The notes beneath the pieces were generated by a model that had not been told where the DNA came from, searched no databases, and worked only from the letters and a program-made list of their open reading frames with translations. The translations under genes and the position numbers were made by a program. Below are positions 43,152 through 53,957 of a stretch of DNA of 64,000 nucleotides, in pieces. Position 1 is the stretch's first letter; each line of letters begins with the position of its first letter. The stretch is taken from assembly GCA_963814475.1 (NCBI GenBank), contig CAWFDA010000046.1, positions 666,940-730,939 of the forward strand. Reading direction: 5' to 3'. Origin of the DNA: an uncultured Bacteroidota bacterium (GTDB taxonomy: Bacteria > Bacteroidota > Bacteroidia > AKYH767-A > OLB10).

Positions 43152-44460
43152 CTACCTGTTTTCATAAGATCCATCGTAATGACGCATCAGCAAATGACTT
43201 TCAATTTGCTGAAGCGTATCTAACACAACACCTACCAAAATCAGTAGTGAGGTTCCACCATAAAACTGTGCAAAGTTACTATTTACTCCGAAAAGTTTCG
43301 CAAATGTGGGTAAAATTGCCACAAACGCAAGGAATAATGAACCCGGTAAAGTAATTTTAGACATCACATCATCAATAAACTCAGCTGTTTTCTTACCGGG
43401 TTTAACACCGGGAATAAAACCTCCATTTTTCTTCATATCTTCAGCCATTTGATTAGGATTCACCGAAATAGCAGTATAGAAATAAGTAAAGAGGATAATC
43501 AATATTGCGAATGTAATGTTGTACCCAAAAGAGGTGAAATCAGTAAATGCACCTGCAAAACCTTGCCATGAAGCAGATTCAGGGAAAAACTGAGCGATGG
43601 TTGCCGGAATAAACATAATTGCCTGAGCAAAGATGATTGGCATTACACCTGCAGCATTAACTTTAAGAGGAATGTACTGACGAACGCCACCATATTGTTT
43701 ATTACCAACAATTTTTTTAGCAAACTGAACCGGTATTCTTCGGGTACCCTGAACCAAGAGAATTACAGCAGCCAACCACAGCAAAGAGGGCAACAATTTC
43801 AACCAGGAATACAACCAATCCACCACCTTCGTTCAAACGTGACAAGAACTCATCTCGTCAATGATTGAAGGAAGTCTGGCAATGATACCAATCATGATAA
43901 TGAAGTGATATACCATTTCCGATTCCTTTTTCAGTAATCCTCTCCCCTAACCACATTACAAATAATGTTCCTGCGGTAAGGATAAGAATGGAAGTAATCC
44001 AGAAACATGGTGCCATCCATGATGATTGCATTCAGGAGACTGTGAACGTAAATTCACAATATATCCGGGAGCCTGACCAAGAGTTACAAAACCGTAAGCC
44101 AACGGGTGATTTGATTCATTTTCTTACGACCACTTTCTCCTTCTTTCTGGAGTTTCTGGAAATAAGGAACAGCAATACCTAATAACTGCACCACAATGGA
44201 GGCAGAAATGTAAGGCATAATACCTAATGCAAAAATGGAAGCCTGCGAGAAGGCTCCTCCTGCAAACATATCAATCAATCCAAGAATTCCGCCTTCAGAC
44301 TGAGCTTGTAAATTAGCCAGTCCTGCAGGATCACACTCCGGGAAGCACAATATGTGCTCCGAGTCTGTAGATAACAATAAATCCCAAAGTGTTCAGGATT
44401 CTTGACTTTCAGATCTTCGATCTTAAAAATATTCCGAATTGTAGTTATTAGGTTCTTCAT
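43152..44460 (-). pseudogene. secY: Preprotein translocase SecY, fragmented by several frameshifts.
   Basis: ORFs 44275-44460, 44084-44377 and 43152-43826 carry SecY segments. The 43826-44084 stretch contains further out-of-frame pieces. Confidence 0.8.
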
Positions 44461-44910
44461 TTACCTGTAGCTGTAATTGTTCCACCCAGAGATTCAATAG
44501 CTGATTTTGCTGATTCTGAAAATGCATGAGCAGTGATATTCACTTTAGTTTTTAATTCACCTCTTCCAAGAATTTTAACTCTGTCGCGTCTAGAAGCAAG
44601 ACCCATTTCTACAAACACTTCGTGATTGAATATCAGTGATATTGTGTTTGTCAACCAAACCTTGAATCATATCAAGATTGACGCCGTTATATTCGATTCT
44701 GTTGAGGCTTTTGAAACCAAATTTTGGAAGTCTTCTTTGAAGTGGCATCTGACCACCTTCAAATCCAACTTTAGAGCTGTAACCAGATCTTGACTGGGCA
44801 CCTTTATGACCTCTTGTTGAAGTTCCACCACGACCGGATCCTTGTCCGCGACCGATTCTCTTTCTCGATTTTACCGAGCCTTTGGCAGGTGTTAAATTGC
44901 TAAGATTCAT
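44457..44910 (-). pseudogene. rplO: 50S ribosomal protein L15, frameshifted at ~44600-44650.
   Basis: [26 protein letters not shown]... (44590-44910). The C-terminus is in the overlapping ORF 44457-44654. Confidence 0.8.
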
Positions 44911-44944
44911 TTTAAAGAATGTCTTAAATATTGTTAATTACTGA

Positions 44945-45128
44945 TTATGCTACTTTTTCAACAGAAACGAGATGCTGAACAGATCTCAACCATTCCCAGA
45001 ATTTGTGGGGTGGCTTCTTTCTCAACCGAGTGATTCATTTTACGAATCCCGAGAGCTTTGAGCGTACGCTTTTGAACTGCGGGGCGATCGATGCCGCTTC
45101 TGATTTGTTTGATAATAACTTTTCCCAT
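44945..45128 (-). CDS. rpmD: 50S ribosomal protein L30, with a likely frameshift near the C-terminus.
   Basis: MGKVIIKQIRSGIDRPAVQKRTLKALGIRKMNHSVEKEATPQILGMVE, then ...VQHLVSVEKVA in the +1 frame. Confidence 0.7.
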
Positions 45129-45196
45129 TTTATTTCCGGAGCAAGTCCGAGATTTTATTTAAATTGATACTTAAAATAAATTCCGTAAGATATTGA

Positions 45197-45715
45197 TTAC
45201 CCTTCAAATATTCTTTGCATAGCAACTCCTCTTTGTTGAGAAACGCCAATTGCATCACGCATTTGAACGAGCGCATCGATAGTAGCTTTCACTACGTTGT
45301 GAGGGTTAGAAGAACCTTTAGATTTGGCAAGTACATCGGTAATACCAACGCTCTCCAAAACGGCACGCATGGCACCACCGGCAATTACACCGGTACCGGG
45401 AGCGGCTGGTTTCAGGAGCACAAGAGCACCACCGAATTTTCCAATTTGCTCATGAGGAACAGTGCCTTTAGCCACAGAAACCTTAACCAGGTTTTTCTTA
45501 GCATCATCAACACCTTTGCTCACTGCATCAGTAACTTCTTTTGCTTTACCAAGACCATAACCAACCACACCTTTTTCATCACCTACCACAACGATAGCTG
45601 AGAATGTAAATGCGCGACCACCTTTAGTAACTTTTGTTACCCTGTTAATTGCAACGAGCCTGTCTTTTAGCTCAATTTCACTGGTTTTAACCTTTTTTAC
45701 ATTTGATCCTAACAT
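45197..45715 (-). CDS. rpsE: 30S ribosomal protein S5.
   Basis: Intact 172 aa ORF ending with the ...AMQRIFEG-type tail. Confidence 0.9.
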   Translation of the reverse strand: MLGSNVKKVKTSEIELKDRLVAINRVTKVTKGGRAFTFSAIVVVGDEKGVVGYGLGKAKEVTDAVSKGVDDAKKNLVKVSVAKGTVPHEQIGKFGGALVLLKPAAPGTGVIAGGAMRAVLESVGITDVLAKSKGSSNPHNVVKATIDALVQMRDAIGVSQQRGVAMQRIFEG

Positions 45716-45722
45716 AGTAGTC

Positions 45723-46081
45723 TTAGAATTTTAATCCTGCGTTTCTTGCACCTTCAGCAAGTGATTTAACACGTCCGTGATAAAGGTAGCCTCCACGGTC
45801 AAAAATTACATCGGTTAGTCCGGCAGCCATGGCTCTTTCGCCAAGCAACTTTACCAACTACAGATGCTTCTTCAATTTTACTTTTGTTCCACTTCAGCGA
45901 TTTCTTCTTCGCGTGAGGAAGCTGCTAACAGCGTTTTACCGGCTTCATCATCGATTAGCTGGGCATAAATCTGCTTATTGCTTCTAAACACCGACAAACG
46001 AGGGCGAGTAGAGGTTCCGGTTACAATCCTACGGATTCTTTTACGGATGCTTTTTCTTCTTATTACTTTTCTGGATTCCAT
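45723..46081 (-). pseudogene. rplR: 50S ribosomal protein L18, frameshifted after ~67 codons.
   Basis: The N-terminus is ORF 45878-46081. The C-terminus ...[28 protein letters not shown] lies in another frame and ends at 45723. Confidence 0.8.
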
Positions 46082-46089
46082 TGAATCAA

Positions 46090-46646
46090 TTATTTTTTAG
46101 CAGCTGACTTACCAGCTTTACGTCTTAATGTTTCACCTACGAATTTAATACCTTTTCCTTTGTAAGGCTCAGGCACTCTTAAAGAGCGGATTTTAGCGGC
46201 AACCTGCCCGAGAAGTTGTTTATCGTAACTTTCGAGGGTAATGATTGGGTTCGAACCTCTTTCCTGACGGGTAGCAACTTTGATTTCGGTAGGCAATTCA
46301 AAAACCACATGGTGAGAATAACCTAAAACGAGATCCAGCAATTGCCCTTGATTGGTAGCACGGTAACCCACACCTACTAATTCCTGCTCCACTTTATAAC
46401 CGGTAGTAACACCTGTATCATGTTGGCAATAAGAGAACGGTAAAGACCGTGCAATGCCTTATGTCTTTTTTGTTCGGTAGCTCTTTCAACAAGCAATGTC
46501 AGAACCTTCAACTTTCACTGATACTCCATCTTCCAGCTTTTGGTCGAGTGTACCTTTTGGTACCTTTAACGGTAACATCAGATCCTTTAAGATCGATGGT
46601 CACCCCTGCAGGGACAGGTATCGGGTAATTTTCCTATACGGGACAT
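46090..46646 (-). pseudogene. rplF: 50S ribosomal protein L6, with a frameshift near the N-terminus.
   Basis: MSRIGKLP at 46646, then a frame break. The remaining 100 aa are in ORF 46090-46392, and the intervening segment is out of frame. Confidence 0.8.
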
Positions 46647-46667
46647 ATTCTAAAACTTATTATTTGA

Positions 46668-47066
46668 TTAATAAACTAAACATAAAACTTCACCACCAAT
46701 ATTATTACGACGGGCTTCTTTATCGGTCATCATACCTTGAGAGGTAGAAACGATTGCAATTCCAAGACCGTTCAATACTCTTGGTATTTCTTCAGCTCCG
46801 GAATATTTTCTAAGACCGGGCTTACTCACTCTTTCAATTTTCTTAATTGCAGAAAGCTTAGTAACCGGATTGTACTTAAGGGCAATTTTAATATTTCCCT
46901 GATGGTTTTCAGTTTCTTCAAACTTGTAATTGAGGATATAACCTTTATCGTAAAGGATTTTGGTTATTTCTTTTTTAATGTTGGATGCAGGAACCTCCAC
47001 AATTCTATGGTTTGCCTTCAGTGCGTTGCGCAATCTGGTCAGGTAATCTGCTATCGGATCTGTCAT
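46668..47066 (-). CDS. rpsH: 30S ribosomal protein S8.
   Basis: Intact 132 aa ORF with MTDPIADYLTRLRNA.... Confidence 0.9.
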   Translation of the reverse strand: MTDPIADYLTRLRNALKANHRIVEVPASNIKKEITKILYDKGYILNYKFEETENHQGNIKIALKYNPVTKLSAIKKIERVSKPGLRKYSGAEEIPRVLNGLGIAIVSTSQGMMTDKEARRNNIGGEVLCLVY

Positions 47067-47104
47067 GGTATGATGTATCTTATATTAATTCTGAATGTTA
47101 TGAA

Positions 47105-47374
47105 TTACCAGCTGGCTTTAGTAACACCTGCAATTTTACCTTCAAGTGCCATTTTGCGGAACAGCACGCGAGAAATTCCAAATTGTCTCATATAACCACG
47201 TGGTCGACCTGTGAGGAGGCAACGGTTATGAAGACGAACAGGAGAAGCGTTCTTAGGAAGTCTGCTTAATCCTTCATAGTCGTTAGCTGCTTTAAGGGCT
47301 GCACGTTTATCTGCATATTTTGCTACTGCTCTGGCGCGTTTGCGTTCCCTGGCTTTTACTGATTCTTTTGCCAT
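47105..47374 (-). CDS. rpsN: 30S ribosomal protein S14.
   Basis: 89 aa ORF with [13 protein letters not shown].... Confidence 0.9.
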   Translation of the reverse strand: MAKESVKARERKRARAVAKYADKRAALKAANDYEGLSRLPKNASPVRLHNRCLLTGRPRGYMRQFGISRVLFRKMALEGKIAGVTKASW

Positions 47375-47379
47375 TTATA

Positions 47380-47932
47380 TTAATTTGTTTTAAACGGAAT
47401 ACCAAATTCTTTCAAGAGGTGAAAAGCCTCATCATCGGTTTTAGCGGAGGTCACGAAAGTGATATCCATACCTGTAATTTTGTTCACTTTATCGATATCG
47501 ATTTCAGGGAAAATAATTTGCTCGGTAACACCAAGGGTATAATTTCCTTGTCCGTCGAAGCCTTTGTTATTAACACCTTTGAAATCACGAATCCTAGGCA
47601 AAGCAACAGCGATAAGACGATCGAGGAATTCATACATTACTTCATCACGCAAAGTAACTCTAACACCCACATTCACATCTTTACGTAATTTGAAGTTCGA
47701 AATATCTTTTTTCGATTTAGTAGGAACAGCTTTTTGTCCGGTTATATTCGACATTTCATTGATAGCATATTCTATCAATTTCTTATCGGTAACAGCATCA
47801 CCAACACCCTGATTCATACAAATTTTCAACAAACGTGGAACTTGCATCGGGCTTTTGTAGGAGAACCTGTCTTTCAGGTTTTTAACGATCTCCTTCTTAT
47901 ATTTTTCTTTAAGTCTAGGTGCTGTGAGACAT
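47380..47932 (-). CDS. rplE: 50S ribosomal protein L5, with an apparent frameshift within the first ~5 codons.
   Basis: ORF 47380-47847 begins at MQVPRL. Upstream, in frame, is [24 protein letters not shown], and the ATG at 47932 is out of frame. Confidence 0.75.
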
Positions 47933-48270
47933 TACTTGATTACCTCCTTTGATTTTTTAGCGTATCTAACCAATTTACCATCGACTGCTTTACGGCCAAC
48001 TCTTGTAGTTTTTCCTGATGAAGGATCTACGAGCATCACATTTGAGACATGAATAGCAGCTTCTTGCTTCACTATACCACCTTGGGTATTTTTAGCATTA
48101 GGTTTCGTGTGTTTAGAAACGAGATTAACTCTTTCAACAATCACTTTACGATCGCTCAAATTTACTTCGAGCACTTTACCTTGCTGACCTTTACTTTCGC
48201 CTGCTATCACTTTTACGGTATCGCCTTTTCTGATCTTCAGTTTAGGCTGTTCATTACTTTTTCTTTCCAT
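47932..48270 (-). CDS. rplX: 50S ribosomal protein L24.
   Basis: 112 aa with the KOW motif [13 protein letters not shown]. Confidence 0.9.
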   Translation of the reverse strand: MERKSNEQPKLKIRKGDTVKVIAGESKGQQGKVLEVNLSDRKVIVERVNLVSKHTKPNAKNTQGGIVKQEAAIHVSNVMLVDPSSGKTTRVGRKAVDGKLVRYAKKSKEVIK

Positions 48271-48638
48271 TATAACACCTCCGGAGCTAAGGATACAATT
48301 TTCATATACTGTTTTTCACGAAGCTCTCTTGCTACAGGCCCGAAGATACGAGTACCTCTGAGTTCATCGTTGGCATTAAGCAACACCACAGCATTATCAT
48401 CAAAACGGATATAAGAACCGTCATTTCTTCTTACTTCTTTGCTTACCCTAACCACAACGGCTTTAGAAACGGTACCTTTTTTAATATTACCTGCGGGGAT
48501 TGCGTGCTTCACAGTCACAACAATTTTATCGCCCAGGCTGGCATATCTTTTTCTGGTACCTCCCAGTACGCGAATACACAACACCTCTTTGGCGCCACTA
48601 TTATCCGCTACGGTAAGTCTGGATTCCTGCTGAATCAT
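48270..48638 (-). CDS. rplN: 50S ribosomal protein L14.
   Basis: [18 protein letters not shown]... Confidence 0.9.
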   Translation of the reverse strand: MIQQESRLTVADNSGAKEVLCIRVLGGTRKRYASLGDKIVVTVKHAIPAGNIKKGTVSKAVVVRVSKEVRRNDGSYIRFDDNAVVLLNANDELRGTRIFGPVARELREKQYMKIVSLAPEVL

Positions 48639-48667
48639 TTTCTTATGAGTTCTTTATGAGTAACTTA

Positions 48668-48940
48668 TTATTTAGCTTTTTCAAGAATTTCAACCAATCT
48701 CCAGCGCTTATTTTTGCTGATAGGACGGGTTTCCATGATACGAACTTTATCACCAATTCCGCAGGTATTATCCTGGTCGTGGGCCATAAACTTCACAGAT
48801 TGACTGATGAACTTCCCATAAATGGCGTGTTTCACCTTACGTTCCACCATCACCACAATAGACTGTTGCATCTTATTGCTGGTAACGATTCCTATTTTCT
48901 CTTTGCGGAGAGGTCTTTGTAATTCTACAGACATGGTCAA
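48668..48940 (-). CDS. rpsQ: 30S ribosomal protein S17.
   Basis: 90 aa placed between L29 and L14 in S10-operon order. Confidence 0.85.
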   Translation of the reverse strand: MTMSVELQRPLRKEKIGIVTSNKMQQSIVVMVERKVKHAIYGKFISQSVKFMAHDQDNTCGIGDKVRIMETRPISKNKRWRLVEILEKAK

Positions 48941-49153
48941 TTATTTCTTTGTTTCGGATTGAGAAGCCATTTGACGCTTCTTGAATTCAGTTTCTAACCG
49001 AGCAATCAAACGACGTGATGCTCTAATTTTAAGAGGGTTCTCGATAGGAGAAACCGCATGGCTCATTTTCAATTTGGCGTAGATCCCACGTTCTTCAGCA
49101 ATCCGATCGCGGACTTCATCTGTGGTAAGATCTTTAACTATATCCTGTTTCAT
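48941..49153 (-). CDS. rpmC: 50S ribosomal protein L29.
   Basis: 70 aa with MKQDIVKDLTTDEVRDRIAEE.... Confidence 0.85.
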   Translation of the reverse strand: MKQDIVKDLTTDEVRDRIAEERGIYAKLKMSHAVSPIENPLKIRASRRLIARLETEFKKRQMASQSETKK

Positions 49154-49190
49154 TTTATCAGTATTCTCTGTTATAAATTAAATTGAACGA

Positions 49191-49613
49191 CTATTGTCCG
49201 TCGTAATCTCTACGAACAATGAAGCGGGTAATGACCGGCAATTTTTGAGCGGCCAAACGGAGGGCTTCTTTAGCGGTAGCTAAAGGCACACCATCGGCTT
49301 CGAACAAGATTCTACCCGGTTTTACTACAGCCACCCAATATTCAGGGGCACCTTTTCCTTTACCCATACGAACCTCTGCAGGTTTTCTGGTAATAGGTTT
49401 ATCGGGAAATACGCGGATCCAGATCTGCCCTTCACGTTTCATGAAGCGGGTCACTGCAACACGAGCTGCTTCCAATTGACGGGAAGTTAGCCATGCTGTA
49501 TCCAATGATTTCAATCCGAAAGATCCGAAAGCCACTTCAGCACCACGGGTAGCATTCCCCTTGGCTTTCATTTTGTGCATCTTCCGGAATTTCGTCTTCT
49601 TCGGCTGTAACAT
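49191..49613 (-). CDS. rplP: 50S ribosomal protein L16.
   Basis: [19 protein letters not shown]... Confidence 0.9.
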   Translation of the reverse strand: MLQPKKTKFRKMHKMKAKGNATRGAEVAFGSFGLKSLDTAWLTSRQLEAARVAVTRFMKREGQIWIRVFPDKPITRKPAEVRMGKGKGAPEYWVAVVKPGRILFEADGVPLATAKEALRLAAQKLPVITRFIVRRDYDGQ

Positions 49614-49658
49614 CTTTATTCAGTTATTATTAAAATTCTTGAAACTAAAAACTACTTA

Positions 49659-50411
49659 TTATCTATTTCTTTTTTCTCTTTTATTGTCTCTGCGATCACC
49701 ACCTTTACGATCGGAAGGACCACCTTGAGGACCGCCCTTGGTTTTAGTTTGACTGTTCATTCCGATATTCGGAGAAAGGTCACGTTTTCCAAAAACTTCA
49801 CCTTTACAGATCCACACTTTCACTCCAATTTTACCGTAAGTAGTTTGAGCTTCGGCGATAGCGAAATCGATATCTGCGCGGAACGTATGCAAAGGAGTAC
49901 GTCCTTCTTTATATTGTTCAGTACGTGCCATTTCAGCACCACCTAAACGACCGGCAACCATAACTTTGATCCCTTCAGCACCCATTCTCATGGTAGAGGC
50001 AACAGAAGTTTTAACAGCACGACGGAAAGAAATCCTTGCTTCCAGCTGACGAGCGATACTTTCTGCTACCAACTGAGCATCTAATTCCGGTCTTTTTATT
50101 TCGTAGATGTTAATTTGAACATCTTTTTTGGTAAGTTTTTTTAATTCTTCTTTGATACGGTCTACTTCAGTTCCACCTTTTCCGATAACGATACCGGGAC
50201 GAGCAGTATTAATAGTAACAGTGATCAGCTTTAAGGTACGCTCAATGATGATTTTTGACACCCCACCTTTAGCGAGACGTGCCATCAGGTAATTCCTGAT
50301 TTTCTCATCTTCAACCAGTTTTTCAGCATAGTTTTTCCCACCATACCAGTTGGAGTCCCATCCTCTGATGATTCCTAAACGATTACCTATCGGATTAGCC
50401 TTTTGTCCCAT
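49659..50411 (-). CDS. rpsC: 30S ribosomal protein S3 with an R/G-rich C-terminal tail.
   Basis: [18 protein letters not shown]... with KH and S3-C domains. Confidence 0.9.
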   Translation of the reverse strand: MGQKANPIGNRLGIIRGWDSNWYGGKNYAEKLVEDEKIRNYLMARLAKGGVSKIIIERTLKLITVTINTARPGIVIGKGGTEVDRIKEELKKLTKKDVQINIYEIKRPELDAQLVAESIARQLEARISFRRAVKTSVASTMRMGAEGIKVMVAGRLGGAEMARTEQYKEGRTPLHTFRADIDFAIAEAQTTYGKIGVKVWICKGEVFGKRDLSPNIGMNSQTKTKGGPQGGPSDRKGGDRRDNKREKRNR

Positions 50412-50432
50412 TCTATAGTTGACTATTAATAA

Positions 50433-50858
50433 TTAATTAGCTGTTGTAGTTTCTACCTGAACAGCGGTTTTACTGTCGAGGATTAAAGTAATATGATTTG
50501 AACGTTTGCGAACGCGGTGACCTCGTCCTTGCGGAGCTGTTCTAAGACGTTTCAACTGACGACCACTATCGATAAAAACATCTTTCACAAACAAGTCGTG
50601 TTCTTCGATACGCTGACCATCATTTTTTGCTTGCCAGTTGGCTATTGCAGAAAGCAGAACTTTTTCAAGTCGGCCGGCAGCTTCTTTCGTGCTAAACTTC
50701 AAAGAATTCAACGCGGTTTCTACTTGCTTACCACGGATCATATCGGCTACCAGACGCATTTTGCGTGGTGAGGTAGGACAATTGCTGAGACGTGCCAATG
50801 AAGTTTCCTTCATAACCTCTTTTCTCGCATTTGCGGATGTACGTTTCCTTGCTCCCAT
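50433..50858 (-). CDS. rplV: 50S ribosomal protein L22 (Bacteroidota-type N-terminal extension).
   Basis: [14 protein letters not shown]...[15 protein letters not shown]... Confidence 0.9.
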   Translation of the reverse strand: MGARKRTSANARKEVMKETSLARLSNCPTSPRKMRLVADMIRGKQVETALNSLKFSTKEAAGRLEKVLLSAIANWQAKNDGQRIEEHDLFVKDVFIDSGRQLKRLRTAPQGRGHRVRKRSNHITLILDSKTAVQVETTTAN

Positions 50859-50860
50859 TA

Positions 50861-51139
50861 TTATTTCGATGCTTTATCTTTATTACCTGAGTGACCTCTG
50901 AAAGTACGGGTAGGTGAAAATTCTCCCAATTTATGACCAACCATATTTTCGGTTACATACACAGGGATAAATTTATTTCCATTATGAACAGCCATAGTAT
51001 GTCCTACAAATTCAGGAGCAATCATTGATCTTCTAGACCAAGTTTTGATCACAGTTTTCTTTTTGGCATCATTCATTGTACTTACCTTCTTATCCAACTT
51101 ATAGTCGATAAACGGACCTTTTTTCAGTGAGCGACTCAT
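50861..51139 (-). CDS. rpsS: 30S ribosomal protein S19.
   Basis: [15 protein letters not shown]... Confidence 0.9.
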   Translation of the reverse strand: MSRSLKKGPFIDYKLDKKVSTMNDAKKKTVIKTWSRRSMIAPEFVGHTMAVHNGNKFIPVYVTENMVGHKLGEFSPTRTFRGHSGNKDKASK

Positions 51140-51184
51140 TATAACTTAATAGATTATGTCTTTTTATTTAAAGTCTTTATTTAA

Positions 51185-52009
51185 TTACTTTTTACGACGT
51201 TCAACAATGTAACGATCGGAAGGATGGTTTTTCACCCGTGTTTTAAGTCCTTTCGTGTACAACCCTTTTCTTGATCTTGGGTGACCTCCGGAAGCTCTAC
51301 CTTCACCTCCACCCATTGGGTGATCAACAGGATTCATGGCAACACCACGAACACGTGGGCGACGGCCCATCCAACGAACGCGACCTGCTTTACCATGACT
51401 TTCCTTATTATGGTCGGAATTAGAAACAGAACCGATAGTTGCCAAACAAGTCACCAGAATTAATCTAGTTTCGCCTGAAGGCATTTTAATGGTAGCATAT
51501 TTTCCATCACGGGCAGCAAGCTGCGCGTATGCACCGGCACTTCTCGACATTTTACCACCTTGACCCGGGCGCAATTCCAAATTGTGGATTAATGTTCCAA
51601 GTGGAACATCTTTCAAGAAAAGAGCATTTCCTACATCAGGGGTTGCACCTTCACCGGCAAGAACAGTCATTCCTGTTTTGAGGCCATTAGGAGCAATAAT
51701 ATATCTTTTCTCTCCATCAGCATAATGAATCAATGCGATGTTTGCTGTTCTGTTTGGATCGTACTCAATAGTAGCTACTGTTCCGGGAATACCTTGCTTA
51801 TCTCTTTTAAAGTCGATGATCCTCAGTTTTTTCCTGTGGCCACCACCAATATAACGCATGGTCATTTTACCTGAGTGGTTACGACCACCTGAACGGGATT
51901 TAGTAACCACTAAAGATTTTTCGGGACGTGACGCAGTAATTTCGTCATTATCGATCACGACTTTATGTCGCTGACCCGGTGTCATTGGGCGTAATTTTTT
52001 GATAGCCAT
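51185..52009 (-). CDS. rplB: 50S ribosomal protein L2.
   Basis: 274 aa with [17 protein letters not shown].... Confidence 0.95.
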   Translation of the reverse strand: MAIKKLRPMTPGQRHKVVIDNDEITASRPEKSLVVTKSRSGGRNHSGKMTMRYIGGGHRKKLRIIDFKRDKQGIPGTVATIEYDPNRTANIALIHYADGEKRYIIAPNGLKTGMTVLAGEGATPDVGNALFLKDVPLGTLIHNLELRPGQGGKMSRSAGAYAQLAARDGKYATIKMPSGETRLILVTCLATIGSVSNSDHNKESHGKAGRVRWMGRRPRVRGVAMNPVDHPMGGGEGRASGGHPRSRKGLYTKGLKTRVKNHPSDRYIVERRKK

Positions 52010-52027
52010 CTCTTTACTTATTCTATA

Positions 52028-52318
52028 TTAAATATTGCTATAAAAATCAATTGTTTCACCTGCTTTCAAAGTCACGAATGCCTTTTTAAATGCAGAAGTT
52101 TTCCCTTTAGTAAATCCGGTATTGGTACCTCTGGTTCTAACTTTACCCGTGTAGTTCATGGTGTTTACATCCACTACCACAACATTGTACATGTCTTGAA
52201 CAGCTTTTTTAATTTGGATTTTATTAGCCCTTGGATTTACGATGAAACCATAGCGACCAAATTTCTCGGTCGAACGGGTCATTTTTTCAGTTATTATAGG
52301 CTTTTGCAGGATATTCAT
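52028..52318 (-). CDS. rplW: 50S ribosomal protein L23.
   Basis: 96 aa placed between L4 and L2. Confidence 0.85.
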   Translation of the reverse strand: MNILQKPIITEKMTRSTEKFGRYGFIVNPRANKIQIKKAVQDMYNVVVVDVNTMNYTGKVRTRGTNTGFTKGKTSAFKKAFVTLKAGETIDFYSNI

Positions 52319-52944
52319 TTCGCTAATGTTTTTTCAATTACAGTCAATGAGCCTTCAACCAATACGAGGTTCTGAGCATTCAAAATATCGTAAGTATTTA
52401 GATCTGAAGCATTTACAACTTTACTGTGTCCTAAATTTCGGGACGACAAATATACGTTTTTGTTTGATTCAGAAAGCACAAATAGTGTTTTTTTATCGTT
52501 AAGCTCCAAACCTTTCAGCACGTTCACATAATCTTTAGTCTTAACAGCGTTCATATCGAGGTTTTCGATAACAGTAATTCCGTTAGCTTTTGCTTTATGG
52601 CTGAGGGCAGAAATTCTTGCCAAGCGCTTCACTTTTTTGTTCAATTTGAAAGAGTAGTCTCTTGGTTCAGGACCAAAGACACGACCACCGCCCACATAAA
52701 GAGGCGATTTTCTGCTACCTGAACGAGCACCACCGGTACCTTTTTGACGTTTGAACTTCTTGGTAGTACCATGAACTTCATTACGTTGTTTAGATTTATG
52801 AGTACCTTGACGTTGGTTCGCAAGAAATTGCTTTACATCGAGATAGATCGCATGATCATTTGGTTCAACTCCAAAAATTTCCGCATTCAGCGTAATTTTT
52901 CTGCCGGTATCTTTACCTGAAGATTGTTTTACGTTCAGTTCCAT
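52315..52944 (-). CDS. rplD: 50S ribosomal protein L4.
   Basis: 209 aa placed after L3, with the typical G/R-rich loop. Confidence 0.9.
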   Translation of the reverse strand: MELNVKQSSGKDTGRKITLNAEIFGVEPNDHAIYLDVKQFLANQRQGTHKSKQRNEVHGTTKKFKRQKGTGGARSGSRKSPLYVGGGRVFGPEPRDYSFKLNKKVKRLARISALSHKAKANGITVIENLDMNAVKTKDYVNVLKGLELNDKKTLFVLSESNKNVYLSSRNLGHSKVVNASDLNTYDILNAQNLVLVEGSLTVIEKTLAK

Positions 52945-52945
52945 T

Positions 52946-53563
52946 TTAAATCTCTATTGTAATGTAAGATCCTTTTGCTCCTGGGATTGCACCTTTTAGC
53001 AGAACGATATTTTGTTCAGGAATTATTTTAACTATCTGAAGGTTCACCAATTTAACATTATCGCCACCCATACGACCGGCCATGCGCATTCCTTTGAATA
53101 CACGTGAAGGCCAAGAGGATGCTCCCAAAGAACCGGGGGCACGAAGTCTGTTATGCTGACCGTGAGTTTGTCCACCAACACCGGAGAATCCATGACGTTT
53201 AACAACGCCTTGAAATCCTTTTCCTTTGGAAACACCAACCACATCACAATACATTCCTTCTTCTAATATTTCAACGGAAACTTGATCACCGATTGCATAT
53301 TCTTTTTGGAACCCTTTGAACTCGATCACTTTCCTTTTTGGGGTAGTGTTCGCTTTGGCAAAGTGACCTTTCAATGCAGCGGGAGTATTTTTCTCCTTGC
53401 GTTCACCGTATGCCAATTGGATAGCTGAATAGCCATCCTTATCGCTGGTCCTTACTTGTGTCACTACACAAGGGCCTGCTTCGACAACGGTGCACGGGAT
53501 GTTTTTTCCTTCAGCATCGAATATGCTGGTCATCCCTATTTTTTTACCGATTAAACCTGACAT
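52946..53563 (-). CDS. rplC: 50S ribosomal protein L3.
   Basis: [16 protein letters not shown]... Confidence 0.9.
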   Translation of the reverse strand: MSGLIGKKIGMTSIFDAEGKNIPCTVVEAGPCVVTQVRTSDKDGYSAIQLAYGERKEKNTPAALKGHFAKANTTPKRKVIEFKGFQKEYAIGDQVSVEILEEGMYCDVVGVSKGKGFQGVVKRHGFSGVGGQTHGQHNRLRAPGSLGASSWPSRVFKGMRMAGRMGGDNVKLVNLQIVKIIPEQNIVLLKGAIPGAKGSYITIEI

Positions 53564-53613
53564 TTTAATCTATTTTATACTTTATTTAAATTCAATTAAT
53601 TAGCAACAACTAC

Positions 53614-53919
53614 CTAAACTTTAATTTCAACCTCTACTCCACTTGGTAGTTCGAGTTTCATGAGTGCATCTACGGTCTTAGCGGTTGAGCTGTAGATATC
53701 CAGAAGTCTTTTGTAAGAGCATAACTGGAATTGTTCACGTGCTTTTTTGTTCACGTGTGGTGAACGCAGCACGGTATAAATTTTCTTCTCGGTAGGAAGA
53801 GGAATAGGTCCATTCACTACCGCTCCTGTGGTTTTCACAGTTTTCACGATTTTTTCGGCTGACTTATCAACCAAGTTGAAATCGTAAGATTTTAATTTAA
53901 TTCTGATTCTCTGACTCAT
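53614..53919 (-). CDS. rpsJ: 30S ribosomal protein S10.
   Basis: [13 protein letters not shown]... Confidence 0.9.
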   Translation of the reverse strand: MSQRIRIKLKSYDFNLVDKSAEKIVKTVKTTGAVVNGPIPLPTEKKIYTVLRSPHVNKKAREQFQLCSYKRLLDIYSSTAKTVDALMKLELPSGVEVEIKV

Positions 53920-53957
53920 GATTTTATAAAGAACGATTGTTTATTTATCCTGATGAA

